DNA from: a virus
Taxonomy: Duplodnaviria > Heunggongvirae > Uroviricota > Caudoviricetes
DNA: 64,000 nt
Reading direction: 5' to 3' (one strand)
Virus record (IMG/VR): IMGVR_UViG_3300035208_001992
The notes beneath the pieces are model-generated. The model was given only the letters and a program-made list of their open reading frames with translations. It did no database searches and was not told the origin of the DNA. Within the stretch, counting starts at the first letter, position 1; each line of letters starts with the position of its first letter. This document shows, piece by piece, positions 54,359 through 63,223 of the stretch. Made by a program: the position numbers and the translations under genes.

Positions 54359-57300
54359 TTAGTGTGTGAACATCAAGCGGTTGACAAAGATCTCGCGACT
54401 GTGCTTTACGTGAATCGGAATGCGCAAGCGAGCGTAAGCGTATTCGTGACCGACTTCGTTCGGTATCGGGCTTGACACAACTTTTGCAATCGCAACGATC
54501 TCACCGATTGATCCGTTGGCATCAGCAAAGTCCAGGCGTGAAACGAAAGCTCGTGTTCGTGGATCTGCGTCCTCAAGCTTGAACCATGGTGCATAACCGC
54601 TTATTGGCCAGGCTTGTCCATTCACAACGTCGGCATCAACTGTGCCGCTAAATTGCTGTGTCACAGTCAACAGCGCGCCAGTACGTGCTGCAAGGAAGCC
54701 AACAGCTGCTGCGCCAAACGTCCAACTGCGAATCTCAAGGACCGCGTTGTTGACTCGAACCCATGCTGCAGAATTGAACGTGTTAGAAGCGCGCAAAGCG
54801 TCTGCAATGTTCAATGCTGTGCCAGCTGCATCAACGCCTGCTTCGAAGTCAACACCATATGCAACGTTCACAACACCAGCAGGCGTCGTGATCGTAAGCA
54901 CTTCATTTGACCAAGCACCAGCGCCAACTGAAATCAACGCTGTATTTGGACGCGCGAGGCCTTGTGGTGTCAATGGTTTGGTTGGATCCCAATACGTGTA
55001 ACCGCCGCGGCCAATCACATAGCCAACGAGCTTGAATAGCACATTGCCTGCGAGAGCACGCGCGTTCAATTGCAGTCCCTCATCAGTGATCACGATGATT
55101 GGGTCGCCAGGCACACCATCATATTCGCCATTCGAATCGATGAAGCTTCTCTCAATTGCGCCTGCATCTATGTCAGACACAGTCGTGATGAGCGTATTGA
55201 ATCGTAGGTTTCCACAGATGTCCATTGTGGACGCAGCTGCCCAAGTAGGTAGTGCGCTGCTGTCAGCTATGCCAAGCAAATCGCTGCCATTCAATTCAAA
55301 GTCGGCTAACGCCTGGTCAACACTATGAGTAGCAGCAAACAGATGAGTAGCTGCCGATACAAGCCCAGACGTTGCTGCACTGCCAGCTACATTTGTCTCA
55401 CAGCCATAGAACCCAGTGTTCTGCACATTGCCTGCAGCGTTCACACCATATCGTGTCTTTGTTGTCGCCGAGTACTGGTGGCCTTGGAACGCGCAATGCG
55501 AGATGCGAGCTGTGCCAGACACTAGCGTCGTTTCAATGCCAAGTTCTGATTTGAACTCTTCTGCAATCGATGAACCGATCACATCAGCAGTTCCATTGAT
55601 GAGCGACTGCGCAAGTTCAAGATCGAGCATTGCAGGTGAGGCACCAACAGAAATTGTGTCGGCTCCGATGACGTCAACATTGGCGCCTGTCACGCGTACT
55701 TCAAGTCCGTGTGTGGCAATCGCTGCGCCGATCGCAACCGCGTTTCCTTCAAGCGTGGTTGCAACAATCCAACTGGTGTTAGGCTGTAGCGAAAATGTAG
55801 CCGCACCAACGATGAATTGCAGCACGTCATCACCGTTGGGCGTAAGCCCGACAACAGAGATGCGGTACTGTTTCAACGAGTGCTTCTTGTCAACGATCGA
55901 GTTCTCGACAACCAGCATTGCGTTCGGCAAATCAGACAAGCGCGCTGCTTGATCAAGGCCGATGATCATGCCATTGATCTTGAATGGAACAGTTGTCTCA
56001 CCGCGCACTGCTTCGTAGTCATCTGCATACCAAGCAGCAGGATCATTTGGTTGCTCAGCCTTGACTTCGATCGCGCCATTTGCATTGGCCTCGATCTCAG
56101 GCAAGTTGAGAGCGAGTCGGCCACGACGAATCGCGTGAACAACAACTCGTCGATCAAGCGCATCTACAGTCCTGGCCCAGTTCTCGAAGTCAGCAGGAGA
56201 CCAACGATCTCCAGCTTTACCTGTACCGCTACGAGTCTTCGAAAGGTCGAGATAGTAGTCTTGAGCTGGTGGAACATAAAAGTCATGTTCGAACGCACCA
56301 GCATCGAGACCTTCATTGCCGAGCGGGAATGCAGAGCGCCGAAGTTCACGCGCGTCAATCTCAACGAAAGAGCGTACGTCAACAGTCAAATTCGAGATGT
56401 AAGGTGCAGCACCAATAGCAGTGCTGTTGTCAAGCAATGCAAAGTCTGCTACGTCGAAGTCAACGTTGGACGGATCAACGAACGGCTGTGCAGCATTCAG
56501 CTGCGATATTGCATCGATGTTCGCGCCAGACCACGTTGCTGTTCCAGCAGCGCCTGTGTTGACAACACAGCATCTGATTGTGACTACGTCTCCACCAGTA
56601 CCGAGCACTGTAGTGTTTGGCAAGTTCACAGCGCACAGCTCAAGATTCAGTGCGCTAGTTGAGGCACCGAACGCGCCAGACGAAACGCCGGCCGTATGCT
56701 GCACGTGTATAGACGAACCAATGATCCAGCCGATCGCATGGCCAGCGCCGAAGCTAGCGATTCGACCAGCGCAACTTGAGCGGCTTCGGACAACGCTGTT
56801 AGCCAGCACGAAACGAGCTGAGCTAAGCACAGTCGGCTCGATGAAGTTTGCACTGCCGCCATTTGCGAATTCGAGCTTCAGCGACTTAAAGATGACCAAC
56901 ACGTTTGCGTTTGGCCTTAGCTTCTGCGCGCTTAAGATCGGCAGCCGACGACGGCTTGCCTTCCAGCCAGCAACTGTGATTGAGCCAATACCAGCATAGC
57001 GTCGATCGAGTGCAAGTGTGTTTGGTGACAGCACTCCAAGATCAATTTCAGCTAGTGGGCTGCTGTCATTTCGTCCGCGTATCAAGTAAGTGACTGCGTT
57101 GTCTACTGGAGCGCGACGCGTCCAATCAAGCAAGAAATCTGTGATCGTCATTGGATCATCGACAGATCCTGCTGCATTCGACAAACCACTAGTGGACAAG
57201 TCAACGTGGAATTCAAGCGCGTTCAGCAGATGCGTCTTTTGGAAAGCACCAGCGTCAGCATAGCCTGTCACGCGATCACGACCGAAAACGTCTGTATCAA

Positions 57301-58318
57301 GCGCTTCGATTGAGATAGTGGTTGGCACTATGGCATAGCCTAGTCCAAGCGCTGCTCCGCTATGCACAGGCCAGTATGCGCTTGAACGCACGACTGAACA
57401 TCCATCAGATCCAATGAACGTGAAAGGATCTTCATGCGTTGCATCGATTTGCAGCGGATTCCAGATGATCTGCGTAAACGGATCGAGACCAGCGGCGTCA
57501 GGCTCGAACGTTTGTGGGCTGACACCATTGTACAAAATCGACGATGACAGAAGCCCGTAAGCACTGCCACCTGCGTACAGCGATGTTGTTGCTGTTGTCC
57601 ACGTCACGACAGCAGTAGAGCCAACAGATTGCGTACCGATATTGCGGCCGCTATACAGCTGGCAACCTTCGACGCGCACAAATTCGTGGCTGCCGACAGA
57701 GTTAGCTCCATACAGCACTGTGTTGTGCGCTGCGCAAACGCGACTTGTCGAATCAGCGCCAACAAATGAAATCAGACGATTGCCATAGCCATTGTCAGAT
57801 ACGATGTTGTTTTTGAAGACAAGCGTCGAGTTCGTCGGTGTTGTGACGTCAATGAAGCGCCAACCGTTTGAAGCAAGCGGCAATGCGAGATCAAGCAATA
57901 GACCTGACACGCGAATGTTGAGCCGTAGCGGATTCACAAATCGAATCAATGCACCTGTTGAGCTTGGCGCAGTGATGCCAACACCATACGCAGCAGGTGA
58001 GCGTAGTACTGGGAATCCATATTTGCTTGGATTCGCAGCGCTGAACGCTATGCGTGAGCCTGGCGAACAGCTGAAGTTCATGAACGTGATTTGGTTTTCA
58101 GCTGTGAACAGGTTTCCAACACCACGTAGTTTGAAGTCGATGTTAATCGCAGCGCCGTCAAAAGACATGCCGGTATCGAGCACACTGCCCGTATCGAATG
58201 CTGCGGCCTGCACTGCAGCAAGCCGATCACGCACGTCGCTCCATGAATACGGATCGGTCTCGGTGCCGGCATAACCGGAACCAGAACGGCCGATGTCAAC
58301 ATGCTTGATCTCAGACAT
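54359..58318 (-). CDS. tailspike/depolymerase-like protein with three tandem beta-helix modules and a C-terminal tail-attachment-like domain
   Basis: Three units start HVDI/HVDL/YLDL...G..(DP/DR) and end D..G..R...DAGA(F/I)(Q/E), a pectin-lyase-like/choice-of-anchor-Q pattern. C-terminal ITDEG...GEI. Confidence 0.65.
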   Translation of the reverse strand: MSEIKHVDIGRSGSGYAGTETDPYSWSDVRDRLAAVQAAAFDTGSVLDTGMSFDGAAINIDFKLRGVGNLFTAENQITFMNFSCSPGSRIAFSAANPSKYGFPVLRSPAAYGVGITAPSSTGALIRFVNPLRLNIRVSGLLLDLALPLASNGWRFIDVTTPTNSTLVFKNNIVSDNGYGNRLISFVGADSTSRVCAAHNTVLYGANSVGSHEFVRVEGCQLYSGRNIGTQSVGSTAVVTWTTATTSLYAGGSAYGLLSSSILYNGVSPQTFEPDAAGLDPFTQIIWNPLQIDATHEDPFTFIGSDGCSVVRSSAYWPVHSGAALGLGYAIVPTTISIEALDTDVFGRDRVTGYADAGAFQKTHLLNALEFHVDLSTSGLSNAAGSVDDPMTITDFLLDWTRRAPVDNAVTYLIRGRNDSSPLAEIDLGVLSPNTLALDRRYAGIGSITVAGWKASRRRLPILSAQKLRPNANVLVIFKSLKLEFANGGSANFIEPTVLSSARFVLANSVVRSRSSCAGRIASFGAGHAIGWIIGSSIHVQHTAGVSSGAFGASTSALNLELCAVNLPNTTVLGTGGDVVTIRCCVVNTGAAGTATWSGANIDAISQLNAAQPFVDPSNVDFDVADFALLDNSTAIGAAPYISNLTVDVRSFVEIDARELRRSAFPLGNEGLDAGAFEHDFYVPPAQDYYLDLSKTRSGTGKAGDRWSPADFENWARTVDALDRRVVVHAIRRGRLALNLPEIEANANGAIEVKAEQPNDPAAWYADDYEAVRGETTVPFKINGMIIGLDQAARLSDLPNAMLVVENSIVDKKHSLKQYRISVVGLTPNGDDVLQFIVGAATFSLQPNTSWIVATTLEGNAVAIGAAIATHGLEVRVTGANVDVIGADTISVGASPAMLDLELAQSLINGTADVIGSSIAEEFKSELGIETTLVSGTARISHCAFQGHQYSATTKTRYGVNAAGNVQNTGFYGCETNVAGSAATSGLVSAATHLFAATHSVDQALADFELNGSDLLGIADSSALPTWAAASTMDICGNLRFNTLITTVSDIDAGAIERSFIDSNGEYDGVPGDPIIVITDEGLQLNARALAGNVLFKLVGYVIGRGGYTYWDPTKPLTPQGLARPNTALISVGAGAWSNEVLTITTPAGVVNVAYGVDFEAGVDAAGTALNIADALRASNTFNSAAWVRVNNAVLEIRSWTFGAAAVGFLAARTGALLTVTQQFSGTVDADVVNGQAWPISGYAPWFKLEDADPRTRAFVSRLDFADANGSIGEIVAIAKVVSSPIPNEVGHEYAYARLRIPIHVKHSREIFVNRLMFTH

Positions 58319-58321
58319 CTG

Positions 58322-58627
58322 TTATTCCTTGGTTGCGCTTGGTTGGAACGCGATGTTTGGGTAAGTGCGAGAGCGATTGATGTCACGCACGTATCCGAGT
58401 TCGTCGCGAACACCAGACAGTCGAAGTGCGAGCAGGTTTTCCATGAGCTCAAGCTCGAGCTGGCGCTCGGCCCAAGTGTATTGATCGTTGACGTACGGAA
58501 CTTGAGACGGTGAGTATTTCTTAGCCGTCTCGATGGATGTCTGTTCTGCGTGTTGCTCTTCTGGCGTCAGCGGAGAATCAGCGAGTGCATCAGCAAGTTC
58601 AGCGTCATCATGGTTTGAAGTTGTCAT
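58322..58627 (-). CDS. hypothetical protein, 101 aa
   Basis: ORF track; AAGGA SD. Confidence 0.7.
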   Translation of the reverse strand: MTTSNHDDAELADALADSPLTPEEQHAEQTSIETAKKYSPSQVPYVNDQYTWAERQLELELMENLLALRLSGVRDELGYVRDINRSRTYPNIAFQPSATKE

Positions 58628-58656
58628 TTGGTTGTGTCCTTAGTTGGTGATGATGC

Positions 58657-58690
58657 AAGAAACGGGCCGAGAGGAAACCCCTCGGCCCGC
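58657..58690 (-). terminator. intrinsic terminator
   Basis: Hairpin CGGGCCGAGGGG-TTT-CCTCTCGGCCCG followed by TTTCTT. Confidence 0.85.
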
Positions 58691-58717
58691 CACTGGCGAA
58701 CGACGCGCCTGAGAGGG

Positions 58718-59212
58718 TTAGTCCCGCTTCAGGTCAGCGTACTTGCCGACGCCTTCCTTCCATGACTTCTTCACGGCGCGAGAGATCTTCGGGCCGACGC
58801 CTGGACGGTGGTGGACTGGCTGGTACCCTGCAGCGCGACGACGCTTCATGACGACGGCCATGATGTTGCGTGCGGTGTCGGTGACCGGCTTGCCCGAGCG
58901 GAGGAAGACTCCATTTGGCTTGCGAATGACGCGAAGCTTGAGCTTCTTGTCGGTCTTGGCCTTCTCGAGGATGGTCTCGACCTTCTTCTTGTCCGTGATG
59001 AGCTTGCCCTTGTAGATGCCGATCCAGCGGTTGCCCTTCTTCTGGTAGCGCTCGGGCAAGATCGTGGTGATCTTCTTGCTGTAGCGCTTTGAGGCGGCGT
59101 CCACGAACACGCGGACTTCGTCGGTGTTGGGCATCTCAGCAACCAGAACTTCGTAGCCGCTGGCCTTGAGTTCCTGGACGGCAGCAGCGATGCGAGCGTC
59201 AGTCTTCTTCAT
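58718..59212 (-). CDS. very basic (Lys/Arg-rich) protein, 164 aa, possible DNA-binding/core protein
   Basis: GGAG SD before ATG 59212; GC-rich third positions; has its own terminator. Confidence 0.7.
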   Translation of the reverse strand: MKKTDARIAAAVQELKASGYEVLVAEMPNTDEVRVFVDAASKRYSKKITTILPERYQKKGNRWIGIYKGKLITDKKKVETILEKAKTDKKLKLRVIRKPNGVFLRSGKPVTDTARNIMAVVMKRRRAAGYQPVHHRPGVGPKISRAVKKSWKEGVGKYADLKRD

Positions 59213-59301
59213 GACTATTCTCCATTGTAGGATGACTTGTTGAACTTGTGATTTGATTTGCAAATTGGATTGATGAGTGGGAGCATAGCTCCACGTGATA
59301 A

Positions 59302-59330
59302 GAGTTAGTCAATTCTGGACTGACTAACTC
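59302..59330. repeat. perfect 10-bp inverted repeat GAGTTAGTCA-N9-TGACTAACTC
   Basis: Overlaps the stop codon of 59329..61452; weak U-tract, so either a terminator or an operator. Confidence 0.6.
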
Positions 59331-61452
59331 AAAGTTTGAAGTATTCGCGCAAACGGTCAAGCAATCCGCGTGACGGCTTGTCTTCTTTGATCAAGCCCAT
59401 CTCATACAGCGCTGAATCGACTTTGATATATTGCTTGCCAAGATTTTCAATGACGTTGTGAGCGAACCACCAAGTGTTCTGTCCATCGTTGAGTGTTGGG
59501 ATATCGACTTCACCTTGACGTAGCTGCGAGAAGATCACAGCTTGTAGTGGGTTGTCAATCTCGCCACTAAATATGGTCAGTGGCTTATGCATTCTGTCAC
59601 CGCTGCTTGACTGAAGTTTGAGATCAGGCAGCACCTTGCTGTACTTGGCCTTAAGACGATCAAGCTCAGTTTGGTCAATCCGCGTTGAGTACACCTTCAC
59701 ATGGATTGGCCAGTGGGTCACTGCATCACGTACAAGCTTGATCCATGGCGCATGTTCTGGAGTTTCACTTGCTACTCGCGCAGTGACTTCAGCATCAATT
59801 GGTAGCACGGTGTATCCCCTCTTGATCACGTTATCGATTTGTTTTTGCATTGTTGTTAGCGTATCTCGTATATCCACGCCATCTTCAGAATCATAAATGA
59901 ATCCTTTGCTGTCTATCCTTTCCAGAAGACTGGGCGATAACGACGTGTTGAAACCAATGCACATGATTTCTTTGTCTCGCGTTGTCACATACAATGATGG
60001 CTTCATTGTTCTGCCAAATAGGTCTTTAGCCTCTTTGACAGCGCGTGCAACAGCACGATTAAGCTCATTTGTAAAGTAGCCTGGCATCTTCACGTAGAAT
60101 GTTCCAACCCAAGGCTTGTCCTTCGACTCTGGCGCAACGCGAGCTTCAACGTCGTGTGATGTCCTATGCAACGTCCAACGCCCAAGTCGTTTTTTGACGC
60201 TAAAGATTTCTAAATCTGGATACCGTTTTTCTTGCATGTAGCGACGTTCAGCAAGGGCATGTCCTGCTTTCTGCTTTTCCCAGAAATCAAGAATTGACTG
60301 ATCATCAGTCAAATTTGATATGGCAGATTTAGCGTGGTCAATCATCATTTTGGGTGTCAGCTCTAGCCGATACGCAACGGCCATCACTTTTCTCTCTGCG
60401 TTAGCGATGCCGCGCGTACTGCGCGCAGCTGCCTTTACTGGCACCACGTTCTTGATACCTCGCTTGGATAGCCACGCCAAATCGCTATGAACTAGTGTGC
60501 CAAGTGGATCAGTCCCATTTGGCCCGTTGTTCATCACCCAGTACTCAGGAATCACCATTGGCTTCAAGATGACTTCTTCGCTTGCAACGCGAGCTACTAC
60601 AGCGCTCGGTGATAGCATATGTTTCTTGACAAGCTGAGCTTGCATTGTTGCTTTATAGCTCTTCACGAATTCACTCGCTTCGATTTCGCTGGTAGGGAAA
60701 TCTGTTGACCAAAGCATTTTCAACGTGTGATCTGAGTGGCATAAGTCATCAGGCCAAACAGTGAGATTAAAGAAATCTTCAGCTTCTTTGAAGCTCCTGA
60801 TTTCGATTTCGACGATTGCTAGAATTGAATTTGATTCATGCTGCGTTAGTTTCACAACGTTATGAAGCTTTATGAATCTGACGCGCGCATTTTTATCTAA
60901 AGACCGCTTGACCTTTTCTTCGATTTTAGAAACAACAATTATCTTTGGCATCAGCATGAAATATGGAGCGACCAACGTGATTGGAAACAGAGGTGTCTCA
61001 GGCGCGACGCGAGCTGTTACTGCTTGATCCGCAATCGAATACTTGCCGCCTGGTTTGCGCTTGATCACGTATAACTTTGCTTGAGAAAAAAAGTTTATGA
61101 TTACAGTGTCTTTGTTGGTCATGCTGCGCTTTTGGCGTTTCCAAAAGTCTACTACTTGCGCGTCATCATAGTCTACACCGGCGTTAGTCAAGTAGTTTAC
61201 TTGATCTTGCATTGTCAACTTCAGCTTGAACGAAATCGCTAGTACAGTTTCGGCATCATGCGATACGACTGCTGCTTTGACTGGCTCAACATGGTCGCGG
61301 TTTACACCATTCGTGACGAAGTAGTCGTAACCAAATTCGATTGCTTCGTCTAATTGCTTTGTGCGCGACATTTGAAGCCAATACTCTTTGATCACTATTG
61401 GCTTGATCTTCTCGACCTCTGCAGCAGTTCTGGCTGAGACTAACAAGCTCAT
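59329..61452 (-). CDS. modular (polyprotein-like) protein, 707 aa, five modules delimited by V-x-A-R-(V/T)-A-x-E
   Basis: Linker Val codons at 61440, 61020, 60600, 60150 and 59787; modules 1 and 3 are homologous. Confidence 0.8.
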   Translation of the reverse strand: MSLLVSARTAAEVEKIKPIVIKEYWLQMSRTKQLDEAIEFGYDYFVTNGVNRDHVEPVKAAVVSHDAETVLAISFKLKLTMQDQVNYLTNAGVDYDDAQVVDFWKRQKRSMTNKDTVIINFFSQAKLYVIKRKPGGKYSIADQAVTARVAPETPLFPITLVAPYFMLMPKIIVVSKIEEKVKRSLDKNARVRFIKLHNVVKLTQHESNSILAIVEIEIRSFKEAEDFFNLTVWPDDLCHSDHTLKMLWSTDFPTSEIEASEFVKSYKATMQAQLVKKHMLSPSAVVARVASEEVILKPMVIPEYWVMNNGPNGTDPLGTLVHSDLAWLSKRGIKNVVPVKAAARSTRGIANAERKVMAVAYRLELTPKMMIDHAKSAISNLTDDQSILDFWEKQKAGHALAERRYMQEKRYPDLEIFSVKKRLGRWTLHRTSHDVEARVAPESKDKPWVGTFYVKMPGYFTNELNRAVARAVKEAKDLFGRTMKPSLYVTTRDKEIMCIGFNTSLSPSLLERIDSKGFIYDSEDGVDIRDTLTTMQKQIDNVIKRGYTVLPIDAEVTARVASETPEHAPWIKLVRDAVTHWPIHVKVYSTRIDQTELDRLKAKYSKVLPDLKLQSSSGDRMHKPLTIFSGEIDNPLQAVIFSQLRQGEVDIPTLNDGQNTWWFAHNVIENLGKQYIKVDSALYEMGLIKEDKPSRGLLDRLREYFKL

Positions 61453-61898
61453 TCTCTGACCCCGATTGCTTGTCCAATGAAGTTGCGAACCTTTTCACTG
61501 CCAGTATTGTATTTCTCAACAATGGCTTTGACCAAGTCGTCAACAGAGCGCGCATGGCTGTCAAGCTTCACAAAGAAAATAGCGCGGCCCATACCACCAC
61601 CGCGAGGCATGCCAACGTTCTCAGCAGAAAAAGCTCGTAATTTGTCGAAGTCAAGTTTGGTGAATCTTTCATCGCGCAAACTCTCAATGATGTCTTCTGG
61701 TGCTGCATCAGGAATCAACAACGTGTACGCAACAAGTCTGAATGCTTCACATGTCTCTGCAAAGTCGAATATGTCATGCTGTATGAGTGCACGCAATTTC
61801 TTTGCGATGTCATTTGGATCATGTGGCTCGCCTGACCGACGAGCTACTACAAGTCCAGCGCGTTGCGCAATTGCTGCTACGTTGTTAGTACTGCTCAT
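61449..61898 (-). CDS. hypothetical protein, 149 aa (start 61898, TGATG overlap)
   Basis: GAGG SD; contains VVARR near the N-terminus. Confidence 0.7.
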   Translation of the reverse strand: MSSTNNVAAIAQRAGLVVARRSGEPHDPNDIAKKLRALIQHDIFDFAETCEAFRLVAYTLLIPDAAPEDIIESLRDERFTKLDFDKLRAFSAENVGMPRGGGMGRAIFFVKLDSHARSVDDLVKAIVEKYNTGSEKVRNFIGQAIGVRE

Positions 61899-63223
61899 CA
61901 GATGCCTCGCTGTTTCGAAAACCATTCAAGATCTGCCCGTGTCTTAATCGTCTTGGTCTTGATCAAACGCTTGTTCGCGTACCAAGCTACTCTGAACTCG
62001 ACTTGCCTCGGAAGCTTGTCAATGACGGCGTTCCACAGGTATTCGATTTCGTCTGCTTGGAAGTGTCCGTTGCGACGGCAATGGTAGACAATGATCCTAT
62101 CACCTGCAACAGTCGATCGCACGACATGGATTGGCGTCTTCACACCAGCTTCCTTCTCGACTCTCAATGAGAATCCAGCTTGCTTGAAGATCTTGCTCTC
62201 TAACGCAACGTCACGCACGTTTTCTGCGTCTTTGATGAAGACAACTGGAGCAAACTTAGGATGCAGTAGTGCCTTCGTGACATGCGCGTCTTGACTTGCA
62301 AGGAAGCCGCGATATGGATCAAGCAATTTCCTGAATTCGACGCGCTTCTCAGGCGTCCATACGAACGTGTCTTCTGTGATGCTCTTGATCATGAACGCTG
62401 CAAGACTCTTGTACAGGTCAGACAGCTGCTTCTTGGATCCGCGCCAATGCAAAGTCCTTGACAAAGCATCGAGCATAGTACTCATTTCAGCAGGCGAGCG
62501 CTCGACTGTAGCCAACGATGCTTTGACCACGTTCCACTTGGCATCTTCACCAATCAACTTTGGAAGCGTCTCGTTGTTGATCACGACGTAAACAGGATCG
62601 CCATCTTTGATGTAGTAAAGTCTGATCTGCGCGATGTGGCCAAGCTTGCTATAGAGCAAAGACAGTTTCTTGTGCTCAACAGGATTCGAGCGCTCAGCGT
62701 TAGTAGCCTTGCACTGTGCAAGGACAACGCCACGAGTCGAAATCGCAATGATGTCAACAGCTCCATAGCTTCCTGCTGAGCGGCCAACCCAAATGTACTT
62801 ATTGCTCGCACGCATCTTCTTTGCTTGAGCAGCCTCAAAACCGAAGCCAGCGTCACGGCGCTCAATCTGTCTTTGGATACCGACCTCATGAGAGACCGCA
62901 TTCTTCGACGGCGGGAACTCCTTGAGGAAGTCGACAAGTGCTCGGCCATCTTGAAATCCAGCGAACTTGTATTTTGCAGTGAGCTTTGTGAACTCTGCCA
63001 AGATCTCTGTTGACAAAGGACGACCAACAGGCTTGCGAACGTTTTTGCCTTGCTTCTTTGCTTCACGCTGTGCTTTGGCTTGACGCGCTCTAGCAATGAG
63101 CCCAAACCAAATTGGGCGCACTTCTTCATATAGCTTCACTAAAGCGTCGTGATGCTTGCCTGGCACACCATCAGCTATGAGCTTACGGATGCCGCGTACG
63201 TTAGCTTCAACTGAATGCGTCAT
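61898..63223 (-). CDS. PD-(D/E)xK nuclease, Hjc-like Holliday-junction-resolvase domain, with a possible degenerate second copy
   Basis: G.GFE...K.R...RSAGSYGAVDIIAI...VLAQCK matches the archaeal-type Hjc pattern. Confidence 0.65.
   Translation of the reverse strand: MTHSVEANVRGIRKLIADGVPGKHHDALVKLYEEVRPIWFGLIARARQAKAQREAKKQGKNVRKPVGRPLSTEILAEFTKLTAKYKFAGFQDGRALVDFLKEFPPSKNAVSHEVGIQRQIERRDAGFGFEAAQAKKMRASNKYIWVGRSAGSYGAVDIIAISTRGVVLAQCKATNAERSNPVEHKKLSLLYSKLGHIAQIRLYYIKDGDPVYVVINNETLPKLIGEDAKWNVVKASLATVERSPAEMSTMLDALSRTLHWRGSKKQLSDLYKSLAAFMIKSITEDTFVWTPEKRVEFRKLLDPYRGFLASQDAHVTKALLHPKFAPVVFIKDAENVRDVALESKIFKQAGFSLRVEKEAGVKTPIHVVRSTVAGDRIIVYHCRRNGHFQADEIEYLWNAVIDKLPRQVEFRVAWYANKRLIKTKTIKTRADLEWFSKQRGI

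Noticed and set aside
61899-61925. TARHLM in the annotated N-terminus of 61449..61925 as another tag
   Set aside because: It is not at a start, lacks Glu, and lies upstream of the likelier start at 61898.
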